Part shown: piece by piece, positions 47,633 to 59,370 of the stretch
Numbering within the stretch: position 1 is the stretch's first letter
How the letters are laid out: the number at the start of each line of letters is the position of its first letter
Source: Balamuthia mandrillaris
Taxonomy: Eukaryota
Assembly (NCBI GenBank): GCA_031835245.2
Contig: JAVKOQ020000027.1
Span: 186,001 to 250,000, forward strand
Direction of reading: 5' to 3'
DNA: 64,000 bases
Program-made: the position numbers and the translations under genes
The notes under the pieces: generated by a model
What the model was told of the DNA's origin: nothing
Database searches by the model: none
What the model saw: the letters and a program-made list of their open reading frames with translations, nothing else

Positions 47633-48625
47633 TCAGTTCGTTGGAGTTGCTGCCACTGATGGCTTGCGGCTGGTAGGCAAAGCACTGACAGCGTGTTGAG
47701 TTGGCTGGCAGGCAAAGGGGCAGAAATGGTTTGTGGCTGATCCGGTCTGAAAGCGGGAATAACTGCTGGGCAGGACAAAATCATTGGGCATATGTGACCG
47801 TCTGGAGTTTGCAGGCTTACTTACTTCTGGTGTGCTGCCTTCTCCGCACTGCAATCAATGTAATCTCGTGTGAGTGTTCACACGCAAAATGTCAACCAGT
47901 AAGCGTACGCACATCAGCGCTTGCATGATTTCTTCCAAAGACTCTGCAGTGGCCACAGGACAAGTAGTAGGGACGAGCAAGGCCCTGGTCAACACCTCTA
48001 TTCGAAAGTCAAGCGACTCGAGTTTTGTGTTCGTGCCTTCTGCAGCTGTGGTAATTCTGGAGTCTAGCTTGTCAAGCTTTCGCTGAATGTCTAGCAGAAT
48101 CTGGGTTGTGGGAAGAACTGGGTTGTTAGGCCAGGCAAGTAAACACAAAACACCGTAAAACAAACTTACTTCTGTTATGCTCGTTACATTCTCCACAGCG
48201 TCTGCTATGCTGTCGAAGGGGAATCGGCGAAGTTCCTCCGCTACTCTGTCGAAGGGAAACTTGGCCACGTTTCTCGCCAATTCCCCCAGCTTTTTTATCC
48301 CAGAGGCCGCTCTTTTGTTCACGTCTTCTTCTGAGGCATGCCTCTCGTCGACTTGTTTATCCTTCTCCACCTCGCTGTGAGGTCGCTTTCTGCCTCTTTT
48401 TTGCCGTTCTTCTTCTTCTTCTTCTTCTTCTTCTTCTTCTTCTTCTTCTTCTTTTGCTGCTGCTGCTGCTGCGGCTTCTTCTTGGCGCGCCAGCTCCTCC
48501 GCTGCCTGAAAATCGATAAGGCGTTGGGTGACCTCCGGCTTGTTCCCTGCGGCGGAGAGGCCTACCGCCTGGCACAACCCTTTCAAAAACTTCAAGTCGG
48601 CAGCACGGAGCTTCTCTTCGGGCAT
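47633..48625 (-). CDS. SAP-domain protein of unknown function, multi-exon
   Basis: LRAADLKFLKGLCQAVGLSAAGNKPEVTQRL fits the SAP consensus, followed by an acidic tract and RGRKRP (NLS-like). The 3' exons are tentative. Confidence 0.6.
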
Positions 48626-48755
48626 GTGCATTCCTGTCCAGCCAGTCCCTGCTACTTGGTTTTTGTGTTGAACCGCAAAACAAAAGTGTGTGTTCTTTTC
48701 TGTTCCCCACCCAAATGTTTTTTTCTTTGCTTTTTTTGTGTTGGGTGAAGCCCCC

Positions 48756-48791
48756 GGTTCGATTCCCACCTTGGACAAAAACGATTTTTTT
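48756..48791 (+). pseudogene. Orphan tRNA-like 3' fragment (B-box plus acceptor strand)
   Basis: GGTTCGATTCCCACCTTGGACA then AAAACGA and T7. The 5' T-stem strand is mostly lost. Confidence 0.5.
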
Positions 48792-49271
48792 ATTGTCATT
48801 TCTCTCTCCCTTTAGCTAAAGCGGAGCATTGAGCCGCTTGCGGGAGCTGCTGCTCTGGGCCTGGTGATCAAGGAGGGGCACCGGGGTGGCCCTCCTCCTG
48901 GCCACCGCCCCGCACGACCAATTGTTTCAAAGTTGGCAACAAAGAGCGTATCTTCTGGGATGTTCAGCTACTTTTTAGTTGTTTTGTGGGGGAAGAGACC
49001 TCAAGGAAGCGACAACCCAAGAAAGCCGTTCTTGTGGGTTTGTGGCCTGGTTGAAGCTTGTGGGTAGAAAGTAAACTCTCCAGCCAACAACAAGGAAAGA
49101 GTTTCTGTTTATTTATTTATTGTTGCGACCATTATTCCAATCGGGGCAAACACTAATGCCAGCACACAGGTTACTGGACAACCGGCATTCACCTATGGCA
49201 CGTAATGAAATCGTTGGGGAGACTAGCTTGTGCACAACCACTAGAAACAAAACTCAACGGACAACAGAAGG

Positions 49272-51689
49272 ATGGAGAGAAAGAAGAAGCGTGTTATCTT
49301 GTTGGTGTTGCTGGTTTCGTTGTTGGCGGGGAAGGACTATGTGGCTGGGCAAAGCTGCGAGTTGTGGGATGGCCTGCCGTCCATCTGTAAGCGCTTTCCA
49401 GGATACGCTGGTCCGTTCCTGTTGTCTTTCCTAAGCTGCCGCTCACTCCTCTATCCCCCTCTCTTTTTTTTTTCTACTCCGTGTATTTTTTTTTGTTCCA
49501 CTCCGCTTTTGCTCTAGCAAGCCCTCTCAACAGATATCCAAACAAATAACCACAAAAAACTCTTATATGTGATACAAAAAAAAATAGGGGACGAAGTTTA
49601 CATTTATGTTCCAAAGAACTCCACTCTGGCCATACAACAAACGTGGGTGACGGCCACCGTCAACGTGGTGGGCACGGTTGACATGAGCCAAGACAATGCA
49701 GAATGTTTTCAGCTCCATCTCATGCTTACCTGCGCCACTTTTCTGCGACCCTGCTTCCAGATCGAACAAGAACCAGGACAAGAACAAAACTTGCTTCCCA
49801 TTCCATTCCCACGTCAACCCTGTCGAGGTCTTTGTCTGCAGATAAGGTCTCCAGCATGCCTGGCGTGGGGAGAGGAAATAGGCACGCCCGTCGGCATGGG
49901 CTTGCACTTTCCTCCAGGCTTTGGCCCTCCGGTGACTTGCTATAACGAGACGGAGTTTGGCCTGCCCTTCTATGTGGACGAGCAGCTCACCACCACGTTG
50001 GGAGAGTTGTGGGAGGACGCTCCCGCCGATAGAGAGATGGAAGCAGTCAACATGACGTGCAACTACATGTCACTGGAGGACTTTGGCATTACGTGTGGGG
50101 AGCCTTTGGTGATGGATGAGGATAAACAACAGTGCTCTTTCACATGTCCACTGCCGGCTTACAGCGATGAACAGTACGATAATATAAAGATCCTGCAGTT
50201 GACCTTTGGATGGCTGTCTTTTGTACGTTTTTTTGTTTGTCGTCATCATGTTCTTGTTCTTCTTCTTCTCGTTTTTCTTCTCTCACCACTTCTCTTTCTC
50301 TTCCGTCGTTTCTCTTTCTCTTTCTCTTTCTCTTTCTCTTTCTCTTTCTCTTTCTCTTTCTCTTTCTCTTTCTCTTTCTCTTTCTCTTTCTCTTTCTCTT
50401 TCTCTTTCTCTTTCTGGTTCTTCTCTTGCTTACATTACAGGTAGGAAGCATTCTGGTGGCAGTATCATACGGCATTCATCCAAAGCTAAGAACTTTTCCA
50501 GCAAACCTCATCCTCATGACGGCGTTAGCCACCAGCATTGCCACCTTTGCTCTCATCCTTCCCACTTTTGCCACCCATCAAACCACCTGGTGTGGTCCCG
50601 ATGAGGCCTACCTCTTTCCTACCATCGAGGTTTCTGATGGCTATCCAATCATCGAGTTCAAGATGGACGAGCTGTTGGTGAAGTCATCCGTGTGCAGCTT
50701 CCAAGGCTTTGTCTTGTCCTTTGGCTTCCTCTCCACGACCATGTGGTGGGCCGTCATTTCTTTCAACATGTGCATCACTGTACGCTCTTCCTTCTATTCT
50801 TTTTTCTCTATCTTGTTTCTGTCTCTCGCTTACTTCTCGTGCTTTAGGTATATTTTGGAAAAAAGCTCCCAACAAGCAAAGGCTGGAAGATAGGCTTGCA
50901 GGTAACCTACCATGTGGTCGCGTGGATCCTGCCTGCTTTGCTCAGTTTAGTTCCTGCAGCGGCGGACAAGATCGCGTTTGGCCCTGGTGACACTTTGTAC
51001 GTCGTTTCTTTTTTCTTTTCTTTTCTTTGGTTTTCTTACCCAGCAAATAATACAGTTGCTTTGTATCACCGGAAGACAACAGAGCCTACTTCATCACATT
51101 CTGGGCGTTACCGGTGGCCATCGCCTTGTTGGTCGGGTTGGTGCTCTTCCTGGCCTCCATTGTGCGCATCCTGGTCTTGGCCTTCAAGCTGGGAGAAGGG
51201 AAGAAGGCCTGCATGACCTACTATCGCCTCGGCCTCTTCATCCTCATCTTCATGGTGGTCTACGCCTTCATCTTCGCGTACACTTTGGAAGTGGCCACCA
51301 ACTTGGACACCATCGAGGAAGGCTACAGCGAGTACTTTAGGTGCTTGACTTTGCTAAAACCTGGCTGCAGCTTGAGCGAAGACGTGAACAACTATTATTT
51401 GGCAGCATTGAAAGGGTTTGCGTATGCGGTGTTGGGATTCTTGTTGTTCTTGAACTTCTGTTTGTCAGAGCCGATTGGAAAGATGTGGTGGAAGCTTGCG
51501 ACCAGCTTGGCTCACGGAGGATTGCCCTCGTTGAGGCCTTCCACGGATACTGGCTCGGCCACAGGAAAGCGGAGCAAGAGAAGGAGCAAGAGCAAGAGCA
51601 AGTCAAGTTTGGACACCAACAAAATGACCATCTATGCAGACAGTGAAGACGATGACGAAGAGGAAGGGAATGGTGGCGCCAGCGATTGA
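49272..51689 (+). CDS. Frizzled/Smoothened-like 7TM receptor with cysteine-rich domain (paralog A)
   Basis: Signal peptide; CRD LMLTCATFLRPC...QPCRGLC...AC; linker CSFTCP; TM motifs FPANLIL, CSFQGFVLSFGFLSTTMWWAVISFN and YHVVAWILP. Confidence 0.85.
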
Positions 51690-51938
51690 GACTCGTTTGG
51701 TTTCTTTATGTGGTGGCACCACCGGTTAAGTTTTGTTTTATTCCTTTGTGAAACTGTACAATAATGGCTACTACAGCCCACACGAACTGCGGGTTCTTCT
51801 CTGTTCTTGAAGCACCCAAAGAGCCACATTCCGTCAGCAGGCGTTGGGTCTAGCCAAAGTGTGGCTCAGCAAACGAAAAAAAAAATGCGTGAGTTTCCAC
51901 ATAAATCCTCGATGATAAGATTACGAAGCAAAAAATGT

Positions 51939-52020
51939 TGTGCGAAGTGGGATTTGAACCCACGCATCCGAAGATACTGGTGCCTTAAACCAGCGCCTTA
52001 GACCGCTCGGCCATCCGCAC
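51939..52020 (-). tRNA. tRNA-Leu(AAG)
   Basis: Identical to the other Leu copies. Confidence 0.95.
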
Positions 52021-52421
52021 GACTTGTCAAAATTCGCCCGTGGTAGCTACAAGAAGAGATTCACCTAACAGCCTCTTGCCTGCAATGTTTCAGCTGAGCA
52101 CTGTTGGCAAACCCCACAAAGTGGGCCGGTCTGCCGCGTCGAACATGTGCGGTGAAAAAAAAGCACAGCACTCACTCTGCTATGCTGACTTTCGTGTTGT
52201 TTTCCAACGGTGATAAGCCCAAGCCATGCGATTCCTTTGCTGCACGAGGTTGGAAACTCGTCGCCCATCTTAGTTCGTCTGGTTGGGAAGTATTGTACAG
52301 TTGTGTGATTGCTCCAGAACCCAGCAGTCTTGCACCTTGTGGCCCCTTGCATCAAGTCGTTCGATAGAGAGAAATATAAAGCAAAATTTCTGTAGATAAT
52401 AAAATAGAAAGCAAAAAATGT

Positions 52422-52503
52422 TGTGCGAAGTGGGATTTGAACCCACGCATCCGAAGATACTGGTGCCTTAAACCAGCGCCTTAGACCGCTCGGCCATCCG
52501 CAC
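52422..52503 (-). tRNA. tRNA-Leu(AAG)
   Basis: Identical to the other Leu copies; tandem with 51939-52020. Confidence 0.95.
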
Positions 52504-52727
52504 GCCTTGCTCGGATCAGCATCTTATACGCCATCAAGAGAGGTCAAAGCATATATTATGAAAGGCCAAGGGCAACGGCTCTCTCCAGGTACTGGTTTGG
52601 TTGCGGAGGCGAAGGAGGAGGTTTACCTGGAAAACTCTTCTTGTTGTGCAAACCAAAAATGCTAGTACAAAACAAAGCCAAGTCAAAACCAACAAAACAA
52701 AAAATAATACAAAAAACAAAAATGCGT

Positions 52728-54879
52728 TTAAAGCCCAGCATCTTCCTCTTCGTTGCTCTCCACCCCAGTAATGGTCATCTTGTCCGTATCACTCTTGCTC
52801 CTTTTTTTGCTCCTCTTCCTGCTTCGCTTGCCCGTTCCGGAACCGGTATCTGACGAACGTCCCAACGAGGGCAATCCTCCATGAGCCAAGCTGGTCACAA
52901 GCTTCCACCACATCTTTCCAATCGGCTCTGACAAACAGAAGTTCAAGAACAACAAGAATCCCAACACCGCATACGCAAACCCTTTCAATGCTGCCAAATG
53001 GTAGTTACTCACGTCGTCACTCAAGCTACAGTTCCCTCTAGCGAATGCCAAGCACATAAAGTACTCGCTGTAGCCTTCCTCGATGGTGTCCAAGTTGGTG
53101 GCCACTTCCAAAGTGTACGCAAAGATGAAAGTATACACGATCATGAAGATGAGGATGAAGAGGCCGAGGCGATAGTAGGTCATGCAGGCCTTCTTCCCTT
53201 CTCCCAGCTTGAAGGCCAAGATCAGGATGCGCACAATGGAGGCCAGGAAGAGCACCAACCCGACCAACAAGGCGATGGCCACCGGTAACGCCCAGAATGT
53301 GATGAAGTAGGCTCTGTTCTCCTCCGGTGACACGAAACAACTGTATTATTTGCTTGTTGGTTACTGTAACGAAGAAAAGAAAAATACAAAAATAAAAGGA
53401 AGACACTTACTATGTGTCACCAGGACCGAAAGCCATTTTATCGGCGGCTGTCGGCACCAAAGCAAAGATGAAAGGTAAGACCCATGCGACCACATGGTAG
53501 GTCACTTGCAACCCAACCATCCAGCCTTTGCTTGTTGGGAGCTTCTTCCCAAAGTAAACCTTTGAAAGGAGAGGTTAGCAAATCAAAAAAATCGGGGCAA
53601 AGGGTAAGAAGGAAGAGCGTACAGTGATGCACATGTTGAAAGAAATGACGGCCCACCACATGGTCGTGGAGAGGAAGCCAAAGGACAAGACAAAGCCTTG
53701 GAAGCTGCACAAGTCCGAATAGACCAACAACTCATCAAACTTAAAAGTCAGCACGGGAGTTCCTCCTTGTGCGCTGTATGTAGGAAAGATAAAGTTGTCC
53801 TCATCGCCACACCAAGTGGTATCATAGGTGGCGAAAGTGGGAAGGATGAGAGCAAAGGAGGCGATGCTGGTGGCTAACGCCGTCATGAGGATGAGGTTGG
53901 CGGGAAAGGTTCGTAGCTTTGGATGAATGCCATACGATAGTGACACCAGAATGCTTCCCACCTGAAAACTCAAAGAGTGAGTTTGACAAGGACGAAGGAC
54001 GTGCGATGGGAACTAAACAAGAATAATACAGAGAAATGGAAGCACGTACGAAAGATAGCCATGCAAAGGTCAGCTGCAGGATCTTAATGTTATCGTACTG
54101 CTCGTCGCTGTAAGCCGGCAGTGGACATGTGAACACACAACGATTGTTCTCCACGTCAGGCACCAAAGGCGGCGTGCACGTCAGACCAAAGTCCTCTATC
54201 GACATCTTGTTGCACGTCAGCTCAATCTCCTGGTCAGCTATCTCCGCGGGGGCGTCCTCCCACATCTGTCCCACCGTCGTGCTGAGCTGCTCGTCAATGT
54301 AGAACGGCAAGCCAAACTCCATTTCGCCGCAGGTCAGCGGAGCAACGTAAGGGGTCGGATAGTACAAGCCCATGCCTTGAGGCGTGTTCAACTTCGCTGC
54401 CGCTTCAAAGCATATGTCCGCGTTGTAGTCGTGGCAGAGGTCGAGGCAAGGCTGATGAGGCACCGGCACCGGAACCAGGGTGCCGTTATCATCCTCGGGA
54501 AGCATTAGACATGGGCGAAGGTAGGTGGCGCAGGTGAGCATGAGGTAGCGGGAGTTGCAGTAGTCTCCGTTGCTGTAGGAGACTCCGGCGGTGAAGACGA
54601 CGTTGATGGTGGTGGCCACCCACGCCACTTGTTCCGCTAAGGTCCAGTTTTCGGCAACATAAATGTAAACCTCGTCTCCTGTTTTAAGAAGAGGTGAGAA
54701 AGAAGAAAGCGAAACCGGAACAAAAAAATAAATGGAGTATTCGTACCGGACCAGCCAGGGAAGTTAGCGCAGAGAGATGGTTCGCCATCCCAAAGCTCGC
54801 ACGATTGCCCATGAACGGTTACGACCAGAGAGGAGGCGAAAAATAAAAGCACAACGACGACGAAAGCGGAAGACTTCAT
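52728..54879 (-). CDS. Frizzled/Smoothened-like 7TM receptor (paralog B)
   Basis: Same exon layout and motifs as paralog A; ATG 54879 (MKSSAFVVVVLLFF...GQSCELWDG). Confidence 0.85.
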
Positions 54880-55987
54880 TGTCGCGTGTTCTGTTGGTGT
54901 GACACTGAAGTATTGGTGATGATGTTTGAAAAACAAAAAATGTATACCCGAACAACCAAACAAACCCTTTTCGCCGGTAGCCCTGCTTGTTCTCGGCGGG
55001 CCACTTTTTTTGGGTCGAAGGCATCGGATATTAACACTACCCCCTCATCATTATCCTTTTTGTTGGTTCGTTCGGCATTCCGGTGGTTCAGCAACTGATG
55101 AGCATTTACTTATTCTCGCGGTTGTAAGATCGCATCGCGCCAAAGGAAGCGTGAAGAAAAGATAGACCTTAACAAGCAATAGCTTAATAGAGCTCGCACG
55201 ATTATTCCATTGGTAGATGGAAATGAATGAATGAAGGTATACTGCACGTGAGGGAAGCACAGATCACCGCATGCTAACCCCGACAAAATGGCCAAAAAAA
55301 GGTTTACAAAATCTCCGGGGCTGACGCAAGGACGTCTGCTGCCCCTTCCTGTGTGTGTCTCTCTTCGAAACAATGATCCCACGGGGTGGCTTGGTTGAAT
55401 GACAGAAGATGAAGACAATGCTGGTCTTGTTGGTTAGGGTTTTCAAACTTTTGTTGGTGTTATGTTGATGTGTTGTTGTTGTAGTCTTATGTTGTTTTCG
55501 AATCGCTATTTCTTTTTTTTTCTTTTTTTTTAAAGAGGGGAGAGGGGTAGAGGGGCATCCTTTGCTGAAGCACTTGGAAAGGTTACGGAGCAAGCAGAGA
55601 AAAGAGAGTGAGAGAGAGGAAGAAGGAGGGAGACAAACGAACAGAACAAAAGAGAGGGAAAAACGCAGCCGGCCACCATGAAAGAGTGTAACAAAAAGTC
55701 TTTCTTTCCTCTCCAGTTGGCGGCCGAACAAGACAAACAAATACCAAGGTGGCCAGAAGAGGCGATAGCCTCCCATTGGTTTTATTTTGCGATAATGTCC
55801 GATGCGAGGGTCCGAGAGGCTCTCGTTAAATAGACGAAGTTAACTTCCGATAGCCCACCCATCAAGCAGCCCATTCCAATTGTAAAGGAGGGAAGGGTTT
55901 TTAAGAGTCCGTCTTTTTGTTTATTATTTGTTTTTTTCTGTTTTTTCTTTTACATCACAAACTTCTCCACAACAAAAAAACAACACT

Positions 55988-56551
55988 ATGAAGGTCGCTA
56001 TCGTCGTTGCTTGCCTTTTGGGCCTCTTCGCTGCCATCAACGCTCAGTCCGGTACACTCACTTTGCTCCGCGTTTTGTTTTTCTTTCCACACTTCTTCAT
56101 CACTTTTTTTGTTGGCCTCTAACTCCGATACATTTTTTTTTCAGACTGCTTCGTTTCTGCCACTGCCTACTCCGACTCTGAATGCTCTACTCCAAGCCCT
56201 TTGGTGCCGGAGGGCTGCTTTGAGGGCCAATTCACGCATTTGGCTTGCAACGACATCGATGTTAGCGGAAGCACCATCAGCCTCAAATTCGACTGCGTTA
56301 AGCAAGAGGCATTGCTCTACCTGTCTGCCGGCTGCTCCGGGGAGGCCACCACAGTTCCTGGCGACGAGTGCTCCGCTGTCTTTGGCGGCGCTGCCTACAT
56401 GTATCCCTCCTGGGGAGTGGACTGTGAGGGCAACCCCGTGGCCGATGGCGGTGATGACGGTGATGATGGCGATGACGGTAGCGACGAGGACGGAACCACG
56501 GATGGTCAGGACGGCTCCCCCGCTGCTTCTCTCTCCGCTATGCTCTTCTAA
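55988..56551 (+). CDS. Small secreted Cys-rich protein with Asp/Gly-rich tail, two exons
   Basis: Signal peptide MKVAIVVACLLGLFAAINAQ; intron 56052-56144; eight Cys; DGGDDGDDGDDG linker. Confidence 0.7.
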
Positions 56552-56711
56552 AACGGCGAAATAAAGTGCGACAGCTCTTTAAAAAAATAACGAGAAAGGA
56601 AATCATTAATTACACGCATCCAATAGCATTGGACCGTTTAAAAAAATAGAAATATATAACACAAAACAAAAACGACAAAGCTGAAAGAACGAAAAGTACG
56701 GCAAACTCTTT

Positions 56712-59005
56712 TCACGGGATGGCTTCTTCGTTGCTGTCCACAGAGATTGTCATTCTGTTTGTGTCGATGGAGACCTTACTCTTACTCTTATTCCTGCTCC
56801 TACTGTTGCTTCTGGTTCTCTTTCCGGTTCCCGTCGAATCTGTTGTCGGTCGCAACGAAGGCAATCCTCCGTGAGCCAAGCCTGTCACAAGCTTCCACCA
56901 CATCTTTCCAATCGGCTCTGACAAACAGAAGTTCAAGAACAACAAGAATCCCAACACTGCATACGCAAACCCTTTCAATGCTGCCAAATGGTAGTTGCTC
57001 ACATCTTCGCTCAAGCTACAGTCAGAACTGGCGAAGGTAAGGCATTGGAAGTACTCGCTGTAGCCTTCCTCGATGGTGTCCAAGTTGGTGGCCACTTGCA
57101 AGGTGTACGCAAAGATGAAGGCGTAGACCACCATGAAGATGAGAATGAAGAGGCCGAGGCGATAGTAGGTCATGCAGGCCTTCTTCCCTTCTCCCAGCTT
57201 GAAGGCCAAGATCAGGATGCGCACAATGGAGGCCAGGAAGAGCACCAACCCGACCAACAAAGCGATGGCCACCGGTAACGCCCAGAATGTGATGAAGTAG
57301 GCTCTGTTCTCCTCCGGTGATATGAAACAACTGAAGAGTGACGTTCAGTAGGATGCAAGAGGATAGAAAAGAAAAACCCTTGAGGGAGAATGGGAGAAGA
57401 CGTACAAAGTGTCACCAGGCCCAAATGCGATCTTGTCCGCTGCTGTTGGAATAAGAGCCAACAGCAGTGGTAATGCCCAACCCACCAAATGGTAGGCCAC
57501 CTGTAGGCTTACCTTCCATGCTCTGCTTGTAGGAAGCCGCTTTCCAAAGTACACCTGACACAAAACAAACAACAAACAGGGTAAGCACACGCCCCACAAA
57601 GGACTAAACAGATAGGGAGATACCGTGATGCACATGTTGAAGGAAATGACCACCCACCACACGGTTGTTGACAGAAACCCAAAAACCAAGACGAAACCCT
57701 GGAAGCTGCACAAGTCTGATTTTACCAACAGCTCGTCCATCTTGAAGTCAACCACTGGAGTTCTGGTCTCATCCAGAGTATAGGTAGGGAAGAGGAAGGC
57801 TTCATCAGGACCACACCAGGTGGTTTGATGCGTGGCGAAAGTGGGAAGGATGAGAGCAAAGGTGGCAATGCTGGTGGCTAACGCCGTCATGAGGATGAGG
57901 TTTGCTGGAAAAGTTCGAAGAGACGGGTGAATTCCGTACGATACTGCCACCAGAAGGCTTCCTACCTGAGGGAGAAGAGTGGAGATAGACACAATATAAG
58001 TACACCCTGCTAGAGGAAGTGGAGAAACAGCAGAGAAGCAGCCACGAAAAACAAGAAGATAAAAAAAACAACAAGCAGAACTATAGACTTACGAAAGATA
58101 ACCACCCGAAGGTAAGCTGCAAGATTTGAATCTTGTCATACTGATTCTCGTTATAGGCTGGAAGAGGGCAAGTGAATGAACATCTTTGCTTCTCTTCATC
58201 TTTGACCAAAGGTTCCTCGCATGTCAACCCAAATGCATTCGCGCTCATGTGGTTGCACATCAGTTCAAATTCTTCGTTTGCCTTTTCGCCAGGCGAGTCC
58301 CGCCAGATCTGTCCGTAGGTGGTGTTAACCCGTTCATCGATGTAGAACGGCAACCCAAACTCCGTTTCGTTGCAAGTCAGAGGAGCAAAGTAACTGGGAG
58401 GAAAGCCCAGTCCAGCACCGATAGGAAAGCCCAACTCATCTGCAGCTGCCATGCACTGTTCGGAGCGGTATTCTTGACAAAGGCTTTTGCAAGGTTGAAT
58501 CGGGATGGGCACCGGCACAGGTGTGGTCTCTCCAACTTCCTCGGAAGTTTGCTCCAACATAAGGCATGGACGGAGGAACGTGGCGCAGGATAACATGAGG
58601 TAACGGGAGTTGCAATAGTCCGCGGCACTGTAGGAGGTGCCAACAGTTCCAACCACATTCACAGTGGCCACCACAACAGCTACCTGCTCCGCCAAAGTGC
58701 TGTTCGTAGGAACGTAAATGTGCACCTCTTCTCCTTTTGTGTTTGTTCAGAATGTGAAAAACAGAACAAAAAAAAAAAAAATAAAACAAAAACTTAAAAA
58801 AAAGAAAAAGAAAAAGCAAAAAAAAGGAAAGAAAAAGAGCCTTCAAACCTGAATAACCAGCAAAACGACCACAAATGGAGGGTTCGCCGGTCCATCGTTC
58901 ACATGTTTGCCCTACCGCAACAGGCAACCTGCTCTGTTGCAGCAACAACATAAACAATAATAGTGAGAGCCGCACTTCCGGCCTCAAGCAGTTTGTGCTC
59001 TTCAT
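56712..59005 (-). CDS. Frizzled/Smoothened-like 7TM receptor (paralog C)
   Basis: Same exon layout and motifs as paralogs A and B; ATG 59005. Confidence 0.85.
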
Positions 59006-59370
59006 TGCGTTAAGAGTTTTCCACTAAACTAATAATAAACTGAAGAAGACGAGGAAACCTTTAATATGGTGTCGTAACAACCTGGTGCCGCGAGGGTTGA
59101 AGTGACAATCTCTGACGACCAATGGGCTTCTGCTGACTAGAAAGAAAGGCAAAGACCGGAAATAACTGTACATTTATGGTGCTTCATGATGAACCTTTTA
59201 TGAAACGGCGGGTGCGTGCAGGCTGACGAATGTGTTAACCTAATATCACGTTATGGAAATATGCTGTTTTCCGATCTTGAATGACTGTAAAACCTCACTC
59301 CTAGGAGTGGACAAAACCCAACAACCACGTTCGGACATTTGGAAAAAAATAATAATTCATTTGAGAGTTG

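Noticed and set aside
59186..59226. C/D box snoRNA (ATGATGA...CTGA)
   Set aside because: Only 41 nt, with no convincing terminal stem or recognisable rRNA-complementary guide.
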